Positions 25,771-38,837 of a stretch of 64,000 bases of DNA are shown here, in pieces (the stretch's first letter is position 1; each line of letters starts with the position of its first letter). Under the pieces are notes generated by a model. That model did no database searches and was not told where the DNA came from. It was given only the letters and a program-made list of their open reading frames with translations. The DNA is taken from positions 30,566,001 to 30,630,000 of the forward strand of contig NC_091478.1 of NCBI RefSeq assembly GCF_036971445.1, written 5' to 3'. Position numbers and translations under genes: made by a program. Source of the DNA: Narcine bancroftii. Lineage: Eukaryota.

Positions 25771-28574
25771 CAAGTGGTGGCTTAGGAGGTTGGCATGTTC
25801 ACAGTTGAGTGTTGAAATCACCCTGCCCTAAGTGGCAAAGCTATAATCAGATTCCCTGACTTTATGAAGCAGGTGAATGCCAAAGATTTTCCCATCTACC
25901 AAAAATAACTTCATAAGGCTCGATAGGGTGTGAGCTGGAGGGCACAATAACTGCAGGTGTCATAGTTTATGGATTGTATGTTTCTTAGGGAGATAGTCAT
26001 GGTTTCAAATCCATTCTATAGAGTTGCAAGCTCTGCTGATGGTGCAGTGTGGCATCAGAATTGATTGCCTCCACCTAACTTTTTTTGTGAAACTGCCTTC
26101 TTGAAATTTGAAGATACCCAGAGAGGTTTACTAGATGAGGAGAACCAGGATTTAGTTTCAGAGATGATCAAGGAGCATCTTCGAGGGGATAGTGTGTGAT
26201 CTGGAGGGGATTTTGCAAATGTGGTTATTCCAGACGCTTTCTGCTCTTGTGCTAAGGTTTGTGGGATTCAGAGATGCTGTTGGAGAAACCTTGAGGAGTA
26301 ATTTCAATGCATTTTATTGATGGCCATGGAGCTTTTGCTGAATTGAATTTAGCAGTTGGATAGGCGACTAATCAAATACATGGGGCTGTTGTGAACAACG
26401 TCATGTTTCCTCAGCATTGTTTGAGTTACATTCATCCAGCAGCTGGATATTTTCCACTTCAGACTTGATTTGTGCCTTATAAGTGATGGAAGGGTTTTGG
26501 GAGATTTAGGAGAGAATCCCTCATCACAGCTGTTGACTTATTGAACTGGTCAGGCCATTAATGTGTCTGATGAGGTTAAGTTTCCAGTCAATGAGTCATT
26601 CTGTATGTTAGTAGCAAGGAAGTTAGTGATGTGAATGCCACTGAATTTCATAGGGAGACAGTTGGTTTCTCTACTTGGAGAAGGACATTGGCCTGGCATT
26701 TTTAAAGTATGAAGATTTCTTATCAGCCAATATCTGACTGTTGTCCATGGTTTCTCTAGTTTTTGAGGACTCTAAATGGAACTGAATGTTGCACAATTAT
26801 CTGAAGCAGCTGAAAATGGGTGGGGTTTAACACATTGTTCTAGATGATGCAGATGAGAAAAATTCCAAGTACAGACACTTAATATTTGCATTTCATTGTA
26901 TTTTGGGCCATGCTTTGCTGATTAGCAGTGATAATAGTAAAATTGGTTTTGAACTACAGAAACAGAGACAAGGGGCTCCAGTTGATTTTAAACTCTTCCT
27001 ATGCATTATAGACATTAAAGAAAACCCCAAGAAACATAAACATAATAAACAGAACTGCCTTGTAGCACAGTAGGTTAAGGTGAACAATTTGAGAAAATAT
27101 GCTCATTTCAAAATGGTAAACTAGATTTATCAGTTAACCAGGAACCATCGTTACTGTGTATCTTCTTGCATACCTTTGGAACAAAATGGAGGTAAAAGTA
27201 GTTGAAGAGACACAGAATTATGCAGGTCCTATCATCCAACTTATGCATGCCAACCAAAGTGTTTACCTGAGCAGATTCTATTTGCCTGCATGTAAGATAT
27301 ACCCCTCTGAACCAGTGCTATCCATGTGTCTGTCTCAATGTCTATTCAATTTAATTGTACTCTCCACCATAACTTCATCTGGCAGTTTATTCCATACCCT
27401 CACCAACCTGTGTGTGCAAAAGGTTATCCATCAGGATCCTGTGAGAAAAAGTTAAATCTTTTCCCTCTCCTTAAATTCATGCCCCCCAATTTAGACCCCC
27501 CCTAGCCTGTGAATAAAGGTTGTAACCGGTCACCATATCTATGCCCCTCGTGAATGCATCTACCTCTATGAGGACACCCTTTGGCCTCCAATGTTCCAGC
27601 CTGTCCATTCTCTCCATATTACTCAAGCCCTCCTGTCCCAGTAGAGTGATGAAGATATCCTCCTTGTCTAACAACATGTTACAACAGATTCCAAGATGCA
27701 TGGATAGAGTCCTCAGAAAAGAGTTAGAATGCCGTTCTAAACCCCAAAGCACATTGGAGTTAGTGAATTTGTGCTCACTATCGGTAGGTGGTAAAATTTA
27801 AGGTAATCAAGAAAACAGAAGTACTGAAGTAAGTGTTCTCAATTTTGCAAAAGATGCCTGATATTCAGACCTGAAAAACTGTAAACAGTCTAAAATATTC
27901 AGTTGCCAGCTCCTCTGAGAGATATCGCTCAGGGTATATCCTTGACCTTTTTAAAAAATATTAATCTTGCAAAAGCTGTTAGACACAATTCCAAAGGGGC
28001 ACACAAGATCCTGGCCTGAATAAGTATTACCAGCACAGCAAGATGAAAGCTCATTTTAGTGCCTTTCACAACTGCAAGAAACAGATTGGGCAGAATGGGT
28101 GTTTGATGTTGCTTGTTGTTTGGCACTGAAACAGGAGAGGGAACCAGTAAAAGTGACAGATTGACTGTGAGGTGGGAACTGTCTAATAATGATGAAATAG
28201 CTGTCACATAGTGTCGAGAATGGGAGAAGATCAGTGCAGGGCCATGGCACTTCTATTAATTGTTTATTCTTACTTACACATCACAACATACAGCATCCAT
28301 TAAATTTTGGCCTGAGTTCAGCCTTGATCCAGATGCAAAATGAGTTGTGGATTGCCCACTTATTTTATATCCTATCATATTAACGGATATGAAACAGTGG
28401 TTTGTAGAATTCCCGACAGGCATTTTCACTTGAATAGAATGGATAAATCCAGGTTTCTGCCAGGTTAGACAAGTTAAAATTCACCTCAGTCTTCAGTTGT
28501 GGCAGAATTGATCTGAACATCCCTGGGCTTTTAATTCTGATATGCTGAACCTACTCCGTCAAGAATCTCTATCG

Positions 28575-28910
28575 TCAGATTTCTTGTCAAAGTAAATACA
28601 TGACATCACATACAACCCTGAGATTCCTTTTTTCTGTGGGCATGGCAGAATTACCACTAATTAGTAGAGCAAAAAATAAACTGCACATAGCGTGAACATG
28701 CAAACAATCAAAAGAACTGTAAACAGACCAAATGTAATCAAACTGACTGTGCAATACAGGGAGAATAAAGAAAATCAATAAAGTGTACAAGAGTCCTTAA
28801 ATGAGCCCCTGATTGAGTTTGTTGTTTTTCGAGTCTGATGGTGGAGGGGTAGCAGCTGTTCCTAAACCTGGTGGTGTGAGTCTTATGGTACCTATACCTC
28901 TTTCCTGATG
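28575..28910 (-). mobile_element. Rex1/Babar 3' UTR fragment
   Basis: Reverse complement of the 3' end seen at 22750-23040 (ISGNSA...RNLRVVCDV region). Confidence 0.8.
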
Positions 28911-28949
28911 TCATGGGAAAATATCCTAATTTTAGCCATCTAAAGTTCT

Positions 28950-29460
28950 AGCATGATTGAGTTATCCAGCACAGAAACAGGCCATTCAGGCCATCTCATC
29001 TATGCCGATCAAGGTGCCTTGCTGAGCTTGTTCCATTTTTTCTGCATTTGGCTCATATCCCTCTAAACCTTTCCTCTCCATGGACCTGTCCAGTTGCAAT
29101 TGTGCCCACCTCTACCACTTCCTATGGCAGCTCGTTCTACTTATCCACCACCCTCTGTGTGAAAATTTGCCTCAGCTCTCCATTAAATCTTTACCCTCTT
29201 ACTTAAACCTATGTCATCTTGCTTAACACTCCCCTATGCTGGAATAAAGACATTCACCTTACATTTTCCCCGCATGATTTTATAAGTTTTCTCCTCAACC
29301 TACTTAATTTCAGAGAAACAAATCCCAGCCTATCCAGTCTCTCCTCCTAACTCAAACACACAAAATCTTTGTGAATCTTTTCTGCACCCTCTCTAGCTTA
29401 ATCATATCTTTCCTATAGTATGGTGACCAGAACTGCACACAATACTCCAGGTACAGTCTC
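28950..29460 (-). mobile_element. CR1 3' fragment
   Basis: LEYCVQFWSPYYRKDMIKLERVQKRFTK. Confidence 0.75.
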
Positions 29461-30277
29461 AAAAAAAATGTTGGCGCTGATGGAACATCAGTGCTGCCGC
29501 TGGTGTGGATCTGCGAAGATTGGGGGGAGGGGGCTGAGACATAGTGTTCCCCCGTCGGGTCCAACTGCACAGTCCAACTGACATTGGTTCCAAACAGGCT
29601 TTAAAGGTGGTTTATTTTAAAATCCTGTGACTGCAAGGTCTGGGTCAAAGATGGTGGCACCTATGTTTGGCAGTGGCCACAAGGGGTTGCAGACTCAGTG
29701 GAAGCAGAAGATTGGTGCAGGGGGCCTGAAACCAGGGATACCACCTTCCCATTTGAGAAGGAGAAGCAGAGGAGATGATCCACAGGACAGTTACCACAAT
29801 GGCAGATTAGCGAGGGGTTCTGAGGGTAAAGAATGCACAGGCAGCGGGCTGTTGGTGACTCGAGGTAAGGAAGCCACACAGGCTGCGAACTTTTGGCGAC
29901 TACAGTCAAGGAACATAACAGGCTGTGGACTGTTGGAGACTGGCTCGAGTCTGACTGAAGGGGTACCAAGCATCTGAATCAGGATGCCAGAGGGTACCAA
30001 GGGTGTTGCAAGCTGCCTGATCATGTCAGAGGTTTGGATCTGGAGTTCGGGTTGCCGATGGTTGGACCGTGTGGCTACAGAAGCACTGGAGGCAAATCCA
30101 CAGACACTCAATAACTCTGGGAGACTCTCTTTTGCTTCTCATTCTCCAACTGTAGGGGCGCTGGGCAATTTATGCTGATGGCAAGTCTTTGTCTGCCTTA
30201 TAGTTTCCTAAGGATTTTCATGTAATATTACATTCTCTGTTTTATTACATGACAATAAAAGAATCTTGAATCTTGAA
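29461..30277 (+). mobile_element. Non-autonomous retroelement (~0.8 kb), copy 1
   Basis: No credible ORF. Ends gacaataaaagaatcttgaatcttgaa, is homologous to 36805-37382 and 60832-61625, and interrupts a CR1. Confidence 0.6.
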
Positions 30278-30757
30278 CCAATATCCTATACAGAAGTCAT
30301 GTGTGCAAATGACCACAGCTGGGTACCCATTCCTGGACCCCAAACATTAATCTGTAGTAGTAAATCAAATCTGGGGCAACCACTTGCCCAGTTTGTTGTT
30401 CTGTTGGCCCAAGAATATCCTTTTGATGTCTTTCCAAGTACAGTTACATTGAGGACAATTCCATCTGTTGATAACTGGTATTTCCATGCTGTATGATTGT
30501 ATGATTCTAATGCAGGTTAGGTTCAAATGAGTGAGCCCTTTTCCAAGCTAAAGTTCACTCTGCCACAGGCGATCTCGGCGTGGTTTGAAACATATGGAAA
30601 TTCTGACAGTAATTTTCCTTCTAGAAACCAGCAAAAAAAAAATTGCCTGGCACTTGGAACAATTGTGTTCTTACCCACAGCACTCCTCCATAGGGCCCTA
30701 CTTTCTGAATATTATGGCAACACTCCATACAGGTTTTAAACGGTCAGTAGAAGGGAC

Positions 30758-31261
30758 TTCATCACCAACATCGAAGTACTCGAGATGCAGAGGCCGACAG
30801 CATCGAATCCACGCTGCTGAAGATCCAACTGCGCTGGGTAGGTCACGTCTCCAGAATGGAGGACCATCGCCTTCCCAAGATCGTGTTATATGGCGAGCTC
30901 TCCACTGGCCACTGAGACAGAGGTGCACCAAAGAAGAGGTACAAGGACTGCCTAAAGAAATCTCTTGGTGCCTGCCACGTTGACCACCCCCAGTGGGCTG
31001 ATATCGCCTCAAACCGTGCATCTTGGCGCCTCACAGTTTGGCGGACAGCAATCTCCTTGGAAGAACACCGCAGAGCCCACCTCACTGACAAAAGACAAAG
31101 GAGGAAAAACCCAACACCCAACCCCAACCAACCAATTTTCCCTTGCAACTGCTGCAACCATGTCTGGCTGTCTTGCTTTGGATTTGTCAGCCACAAACGA
31201 GCCTGCAGCTGACGTGGACATTACCCCTCCATAAATCTTCGTCCACGAAGCCAAAGAAAGA
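30758..31261 (+). mobile_element. RTE 3' fragment
   Basis: Highly similar to the 3' end of 6687-7200. 9-bp TSD agaagggac (30749-30757 and 31262-31270). Confidence 0.92.
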
Positions 31262-32125
31262 AGAAGGGACAGGCAGTGGTTTTTTTTCACATTAGCAAAC
31301 CCGCAGAGGTCCATGCCCAAGATGATGGTTCCCATGCCTGACAGCAGACAATGAGGATTAAGGGCCCCAGAAATCAGCTGAGAGGAACAGGGCACCAGAG
31401 CGGGAGGACATTCCTTCCAAAAAGATGACTGAGTGAGAACTCTACAGGTTTTGATCAGAATTTTTAGCCCCAATCGTTGGCTGTCAATTCCTTTCTCTAG
31501 AGCAGGTCTGACCACCTGAGTTCCTCCACCATTTTGTGTGTGCTTTTAAGCATCTGTCAGACACCTTGAAACAATCACCATTTTAAGCCTCAATGTCCTC
31601 ATGCGCATCAGATTTACAGTCCATAAGGACTGCTTAAGTTTTGTTCCAATATATATAATTGTGGATATGCATCTACATAGATATAATATGCATATTATCT
31701 AAGGTTTTTTTATGTCCTGTGAACCCCCAGTGCAGAAATACTTTCACTGTGACTTCCTCATTCACACCAGAAATCGAGTCAAAATCACAGTTCACAGAAA
31801 CCTGCAGGTTTTGCTTTGCATGATGTTTCTCCTAGGTTATTGATTTCAAAAATTAAATTAATTTGGATCATACATATTTCCAAGGATGAAAATGTGAAGA
31901 ATGTTATTTTATACTTTTCCCCAATATCAAATATTATTTTTGAAATATAGATTTGGAATCTAATTCCCAAATCAATATTTGAGCATTTAATTTCTTGCTG
32001 CAAAGTTGCCTCTCTCATGTTCATTCTTCTGTGATTAACAAAATAATTTTTGATATTACAATTAATAATTTATAGTGCCTAGCTCTGTCAGTCCAAACTT
32101 TTTATGACTTTCTTCATATTGTATA

Positions 32126-32948
32126 GAGGTACATAATCTTTTATCCAAAATTCTGAAAACTGAAACCTCTTAAAACCAAACATTTTTTCCACAGATGTCG
32201 TCTGCAGACCAAAGCTCACGTTTGGTGCCAAACATGACCCGATGTGACCCACCCCCATCTAGTGCCATGTCTCAGTGCTCTTACCAGTCAGACATGCTGG
32301 GAGCCCGAGGTCCCTGCTCCTGCCCAGGAGCCCGAGGTCTCCGCTCCTGCCCAGGAGCCCGAGGTCTCCGCTCCTGCCCAGGAACCTGAGGTGACATCTT
32401 TGATGTGGACCACCACCCGTCCCCGACACCTCCCACTGCCACCACTGGTCCCCTCCTGTCTGGAAGCCTGAGGTCCCTGCTCCTGCCCGCAAGCCCAATG
32501 ACATTGGAAGAAGTCTTTAAAAAGACTCCAACCTGAAGACTATGGTCACCATATTTTCAGGTGTTTAGGGTTGTTTGAGCCAGTCTACATTTGAAGTTTT
32601 ACTCTATGTTTTACTTAAAAATAAAAAGTACATTAGTAATTTTATGGTCTATCTTTATCTCACTTCATTTACCACCACCGTCCAGCACAGTCGCAACATC
32701 CTTTGTCCAGCACCATTGCCACCCTCTCCCCCCCGTCCAGTGCCGCTGCAACCACCATCCAGCGCTCCCCCTCCAGTGCCCCCCTGCCCAGAGACCTTTC
32801 CAGTTAGAGTGTGACTTTGTTTTGCACAAATCTGAAATCAGCACAATTACTTAACGTACCACCATTACTATTAATCTATTATCCGAAAAATTTCAAATTC
32901 TAAAAAGTGTCTGATCCCAAGGGTTTCAGATAAAGGATTATGCACCTT
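32126..32948. mobile_element. Tc1/mariner-pogo (Tigger-like) MITE
   Basis: ~23-bp TIRs (aggtacataatcttttatccaaa / ttcagataaaggattatgcacct) flanked by TA. Confidence 0.75.
32300..32392. repeat. 27-bp GC-rich minisatellite, ~3.4 copies (plus a detached copy at ~32463)
   Basis: Unit ggagcccgaggt(c/t)(c/t)(c/t)gctcctgccca-like, directly visible. Confidence 0.9.
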
Positions 32949-33689
32949 TATAAGTTTGTCAAACTTTCTGGAGAGATTACTATTCTTATTGGCAAGCCAG
33001 AGATCGGTCATGGGCTGAACTGGCAAGATGCTTCCTCGAGGAAATCTGGGAAGTTCAATCCACCATTTGTCCTTAAAGGCTGTAATTTGCACATAAAGGG
33101 ATACAATCATTTAATAGACAAGTGAAAACATGTAAAAATTATAATTTTTTTCATGCTTTACGGAGACTGTGTGGCAGTAGGGATGAATTGAATACCACTC
33201 CCCTTCTTCCATAGCAAGCATGAGAAGTAAATTCCCAATGAACCATACCTACAGTGTGGAACACAGGCACCATGCTTACAGCTTATCTGTTCATTCTCAT
33301 TACTGCATGTCCATACTATCTGGCACTTTACTCATATTCTCCACACCAAATTGGAGCTCTGGGAACTTGAATGGGTTCAACTTCTGCTTGACCTTTTTTG
33401 GGATATGTTAAGTGGTTTTTGTTTTAGAACTATTCAGACACTACCCCTACCCCCTCCATCTCTTTTTCTTCCACATTGATAACTATTTCTTGCACTCAAT
33501 AATATAATTACCTCAGCTCTTCACACCCTGCTCTCATTTTCATACATTTCATATGTGGCTCTACCCTACTCTTGCTTCACTTCTCTTTTTCCATCTCAGA
33601 CTCTCTCACCTATCTCAGCGACACCTGCTCCCATTCTGCTTTATATCAAGACTCCATTCCATTCTCCAACTTACTCCATTTCTCTCATA

Positions 33690-34990
33690 TCTGTGGATAT
33701 GAGAGAGATGGAATGCCGAAGAAGTCAGCTGTGTCCTGACTCAATGACTACTGCCCTGTTGCACTCACGTCCATTGTCGAGATGCTCGTGATGGGGCACA
33801 TCAAATTCCTGCTGTCCCCGTCAGGGAACCCCCTGAAGTTCACATACAGATGCCACCAGTCTATGGATGATGCCATTGCCACTGTCCTCTACCTGCCCTT
33901 CACCCATCTGGAAAACAAGGACTCGAATGTTCGAATGCTGTTTACTGACTTCAGCTCAGCATTCAACAAAATCATACCCCAGTACCTGATAAGGAATTTG
34001 AGCCTGCTGGGTCTAAACACCTCCCTCTGCAATTGGATTCTTGACTCAGGCAGTCTGGAATGGTAACAGCATCTCCTAGACCATCACACTGAGCACAGGG
34101 GCCCCCCAGGGCTGTGTGCTGAGTCCACTGCTGTTCATTCTGCTGACCCATGACTGTGCAGCTAAACACAGCTCAAACCACATCATCAAGCTCGCTGATG
34201 ACACGATCAGTAAGAATGCTGAGTCAGCGTACAGAGATGAAGTGTAGTTGCTAACAGACTGATGCACAACCAGAAACCTGTAACAGAATGTTAATAAAAC
34301 AAAAGAGATGGTTGTCAACTTCAGGAGGACCCAGGGGGACCAACACTCCACTGACCATTGACGGCTTCATCACTGAGGTCTTCAAGAGCATCAAGTTCCT
34401 TGGAGTGCACTTGGTGGAGAATCTCACCTGGTCTCTTAACACCAGCTCCATAGTCATGAAAGCCCAGCAGCACCTCTACTTCCTGTGAAGGCTGAGTAAA
34501 ATTCATCTCCCACCCTCTGTCTTCACCACATTCAACGGATGATGTATCGAGAGCATCCTTTGCAACCGCTTTGTTGCCTGCTTTGGAAGCTGTACCTTCT
34601 TGGACCACAAGACCCTTTAGAGGATAGTGAAGTCAGCAGAAAAGATCATTGGGGTCTCTCTTCCTACCATGAAGGACATCTACAACACTCGATACAGGTG
34701 AAAGGCAATAAATATTGTGAAGGACTCCATGTAAGCTGTTCTCCTTTCTGCCATCTGGTAGGAGGTTCTGCAGCACTCAGGCCTTTACATCCAGATTGGG
34801 CAAGAGCTTTTCCCCCCAAGCCACCAGACTCCTGAACTCCTGGGAATTGGGTATAATATTTTAAATGTGTTGAACTTCTATTCTAACCTATATTTATGTA
34901 AATATGCTCCGTGGTCCTGGAGAAATTTTGTCTTTACTGTGTGAGCATAGTATGAACAACAAATAAAAGTGTCTTGACTTGACTTGATGA
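33690..34990 (+). mobile_element. Rex1/Babar-clade LINE RT fragment
   Basis: SMDDAI...[17 protein letters not shown]...LCNWILD, GAPQGCVLSPLL, KLADDT, IKFLGVH and a (gactt)n tail. Confidence 0.9.
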
Positions 34991-35196
34991 CACAGTTCCA
35001 CACCAGACCTCCTACAAATCTCCCTTTTCCTTAATAATGTCTTCCACTCCATGTTGTTAGCAAAGCTCTCAACTACATCTCTTCTAGTTATAAAGCATTT
35101 GTTCTAGCCATTCTTGTATCATGTGCAGTTTTGGTTGCCACACCACATGAAGGGCTTAGATGCATGGGGGAGATGCAGAGGAGATTCACCAGAATA

Positions 35197-35415
35197 CTGA
35201 ATACGCCTGAGATTGTCTGATCTCGGAAGCTAAGCAGGCTCAGGACTGGTCAGTATTTGGAGGGAGATTGCCCAGGAACATCAGGTGCTGTAGATTTCCA
35301 TGAGGGACAAAGTGGCGACTCTCTGTCTGTCTTATGATAGACAAAAGTTAAAGAATTTCATGTATGTTACATTTTAAATATAGTATTACATGACGGTAAT
35401 TGAACCTTTACCTTT
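35197..35415 (+). mobile_element. 5S rRNA-derived SINE (SINE3-type), 5'-truncated, inserted in a CR1 fragment
   Basis: 35197-35297 aligns to 5S rRNA (gtctgatctcggaagctaagcagg...tggtcagtatttgga...ggtgctgtagattt). It is followed by a non-5S tail ending in (accttt) repeats. Confidence 0.8.
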
Positions 35416-36804
35416 ACTGCCTGGATTGGAGCATTTCAGTTATACAGTACATAGAGACTCTATGGGCTAGGTTTGTTTTCTCTGTAGTAGTGGAGGCTGA
35501 GGGATCATATAAAAATATTTTAGGATCAATAGGGTAGATAATAAAAAATCTTATTTACATGGTCGGGGGGGTGGGTCTGAGACAAGTGTGTCTGGAAGAT
35601 ACTGCTTGAATATGCGGTGGATTCTCTAATGACATTTAAGAAGCATCTGAGCAAATACTTAAAATGTTACAGTGTGGAAAGCCACAGACCTAATGCAGAT
35701 CAATGAGATGAGTGCACATACGTCTAGGTTCTTGGGACAGCATGGACATGGTCAGTCAAAAAGTCTGTTTTTGTGCAGCGGAACTCAATTTCTATGGTTC
35801 TATTTCCTACACTTTTGCTCCCATGCCACTTCTAACTGAGAGAGAAAAGTTTGGGGTCTGCTCGTCTTCACTCTTTACTTCCCCATTCACGTGTTTGGTC
35901 AAATAAAAATTTCACTGGGTTTCCTAAACAAGTAACCGGGACAAGGATATTCTTGATCCATCGGAAAACCTGCTGGAAACCCTGATTTACTGTCAAGAAT
36001 CATGAAATTGTCTGGTACTAGGCTGGCACATGAACTGCAGGATTTGGAGACCTACCCATTCCAACATGGAAGGGGTGGCCAACTCCATTATCACCATTTA
36101 GACATAAACCTAGCATTTGATGTTAGGTGTTATAACTTTCGTCGCTGCGCAAGCAGGAACAATCTAAAATCTCAAGTATATTTCTTATGTTTACTCAATT
36201 TTAGACATCTGCAACCATGTTTGTGTTGAAAGTGCCTTGCAGAGTGTCACAAATAATAAGAACAAGGTTAATGGAAGCCTGTTCTTTATCTGAAAGGAAC
36301 TATAAATTAGCTAGTTTTGCATTAGTTTCATATTTTCTTGGGCAGATATTATCTGATGATTTTCAATCTGATTTAAGCATAAACCTGGAAATATCTGATC
36401 AAGATTCATCAAGTTGATCCAAGAAGTGTCTATTATGGATGTTCAATGGATACACTTGGCTGATATTTCCTTGGGTCAGATATTTAATAACTGATCTAAT
36501 AATGGTATTTAAAGCAACGAAAGTGATTCAGTGTAAGAGATCAGAGAGACTACTTCCACTGCTGGAGGAATCCAGCCAGAAAGAACATTATCTTAAGATT
36601 AGGATCTGGCAGAAAAAATTGAGGAGATTTTCTTTCCATGATACTGGTAGTATGAATGTTTCATCCCACCTATTAGCCCATCAGTGTGCAGCATGTGCAT
36701 TCACCAGTTCAGGACCTGAGAAATGAGCATTGTACATTTGACAGAGGCCCTTCACACTTTTGACCTTATGATGCCCTGAAACTCAATGATAAAGCATCGA
36801 TTTT

Positions 36805-37382
36805 AAAAAACTGGTTGCGCTGCCGAAGCTGCCGCAATGGCAGTGGTGCCGCTGCTGCGGACCTGGAGAGAGCAGGGAGCAGAGACATGGCGCTACCCCA
36901 GTGTTCAGGACCAGCCTCGAAGGGTTGTAGACTTCAAGGGGCTCTGTGGCTGAAAGATGCACATGCCCGTGAGCAGTTGGTGAAGAACCCACAGCTGTGA
37001 GCTGCTGGTGATCTGAGGCCAAAGGACTCACACCAGAGACTGTCATATAAAGACCTGTCATATCAGAACAGGGATTTGAGAGGATGCAGGGTAAGGAGGA
37101 CTCCCAAAGGCCCCTGGACTCTGAAGGGTACCTCATTGTATGGGCTCTGATTGCTGATAGTTTGAAATGAACTAGAATCTTGTGCGGCTGCAGAGGCCGT
37201 GGGAGCGCTGTTGGCAAATCCACGGACACTCGGTAACTCTGGGAAAACTCTCTTTCTCTGTCAGTAAGGGGTGCTGGGCAATACTAATGGTGAATCTTTG
37301 TCTGCCTTTTTGGCAGACTAAAGGCAATTCATGCAACATTACATTTCTGTTTCATGACATGACAATAAATAATATGATTTGA
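36805..37382 (+). mobile_element. Non-autonomous retroelement, copy 2
   Basis: Shares 5' (gctgccgctgc/ggggagc) and 3' (tctttgtctgcct...catgacaataaa) blocks with 29461-30277. Confidence 0.55.
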
Positions 37383-37845
37383 AGATGGTTGAGCCTAGGA
37401 CACTGACCTGAGGAACATCTGTAGTGATGTCCTGAAAGGGGGTGAATGGCCTCCAACAATCCCAACCATTTTTTCCTTTGTGGAAAGTATGACTCAATTT
37501 ATTGACATATTCTCCCCTCGATACTCATTGTTTTAAATTTTACAAGGGCTCTTTGATATCACACTTGGTCAAACAAGGCAGTCACTTTCACTTCATCTTT
37601 GGAATTCACTTTTTTAGTTCCTGTTTGAATCTGGGTGTAGATTCAGTAAGCCCTGACAAAACCAAAAATGAGCAGGACAAACAGTAGTACATCGCTTCAA
37701 TCAACCAGAGTGAATATTTTCCACTGACAGAGATAGCTAGAAATTAATCCCCAAACCATAAGCATGAAATGTGTTGGACATACAGTAGCTCTGCACTCCA
37801 TACATCCCTGGAATTCAGTTCCATTTAAGTTAATGTTGACAGAGT

Positions 37846-38650
37846 AACGGTTCCCAACCTGTGGGCCACAGAATGTTCCCATGTGGGCCATGTTGACTTC
37901 CCAACCCACTCATTGACCTTCAAAACGATAGTGAATGCAGAGCATCAGCGCTTCTGCTAACTCAGGAGTTTGTGGAGGTTTGGGATAACACCATAAATCC
38001 TGGCAAAATTTCTACAGAGGTGTGGTTGAAAGTGCTGACCAGCTGCATCACAGTCTGGTGTAGCGACACCAATGCCCCTGAGCGTAAAGACCTCCAAAAG
38101 GTAATGGACACAGTCCAGGACATCACAGGCAAAATCCTCCCCACTAATGAGTACATTTTCTGGAAATACTGCTGTCAGAGAGCAGCAATCTTCAAAGTCC
38201 CTCACCACCCAATATGTGCTCTGTTCTCATTCCACAAGACTCGCACCAGGAACAGCTGCTACCCCTCCTCCATCAGACTCCTCAACAGCAGAGACTGATT
38301 GAAGGATTCTTGTGCACTTTGTGCAAATCAGAGAGAACAAAAGAAAATCAACAGTCAGTTCATTTACACTATGTACAGTTTTTTTGTATTGATCTACCAA
38401 TTAGTGGTAATTCTGCCATGCCTGCAAGAAGAAAAGAATCTCGGGATTGTATGTGATGTGATGTAAATACTCTGACAATAAATCTGAAATCAGAGATGTA
38501 TTTGAGACTTTATCTCTGAGTTTTGGTCAAAAAAGACAGGTAGTTACCCCAACATTGTGAAGCACTGTCTTCAGAAGATCCTGCCCTTTATGACCACTTA
38601 TCTTTGTGAATCAGGCTTTTCAACATTGCTGCAGTTGAAAACAAAAATTT
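37846..38650 (+). mobile_element. hAT (Charlie-type) internal-deletion relic interrupted by a Rex1 fragment
   Basis: TIR-like acggttcccaacctgtggg at about 37847. 38521-38649 translates FWSKKTGSYPNIVKHCLQKILPFMTTYLCESGFSTLLQLKTK, a hAT C-terminal dimerisation motif. Confidence 0.65.
37957..38490 (+). mobile_element. Rex1/Babar 3' fragment
   Basis: VLTSCITVWCSDTNAPERKDLQKV...RNSCYP, with the same tail as at 23020. Confidence 0.85.
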
Positions 38651-38837
38651 GCATACAGTACTATAGAGTGCAGAAGTAGGTTCTGTACAGTCATGGTTTG
38701 AGAGGGATGACAGTTCAGGGCAATTTAGGTGAGAGGGAGGAAGTTAAATGGAAGTACAAATATTTCACACAGAGAGTGACAGGTGTCTGGAACAGGCTGC
38801 CAGGGTAGTGGTGGGAGCAGATACAAGAGTAACATTT

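Noticed and set aside
32300-32392. CRISPR-like array or repeat protein gene
   Set aside because: The units are contiguous with no unique spacers, the context is eukaryotic, and it lies inside a MITE.
35197-35297. Functional 5S rRNA gene
   Set aside because: The 5' end is missing, there are many substitutions, and it is fused to a retroposon tail inside a CR1.
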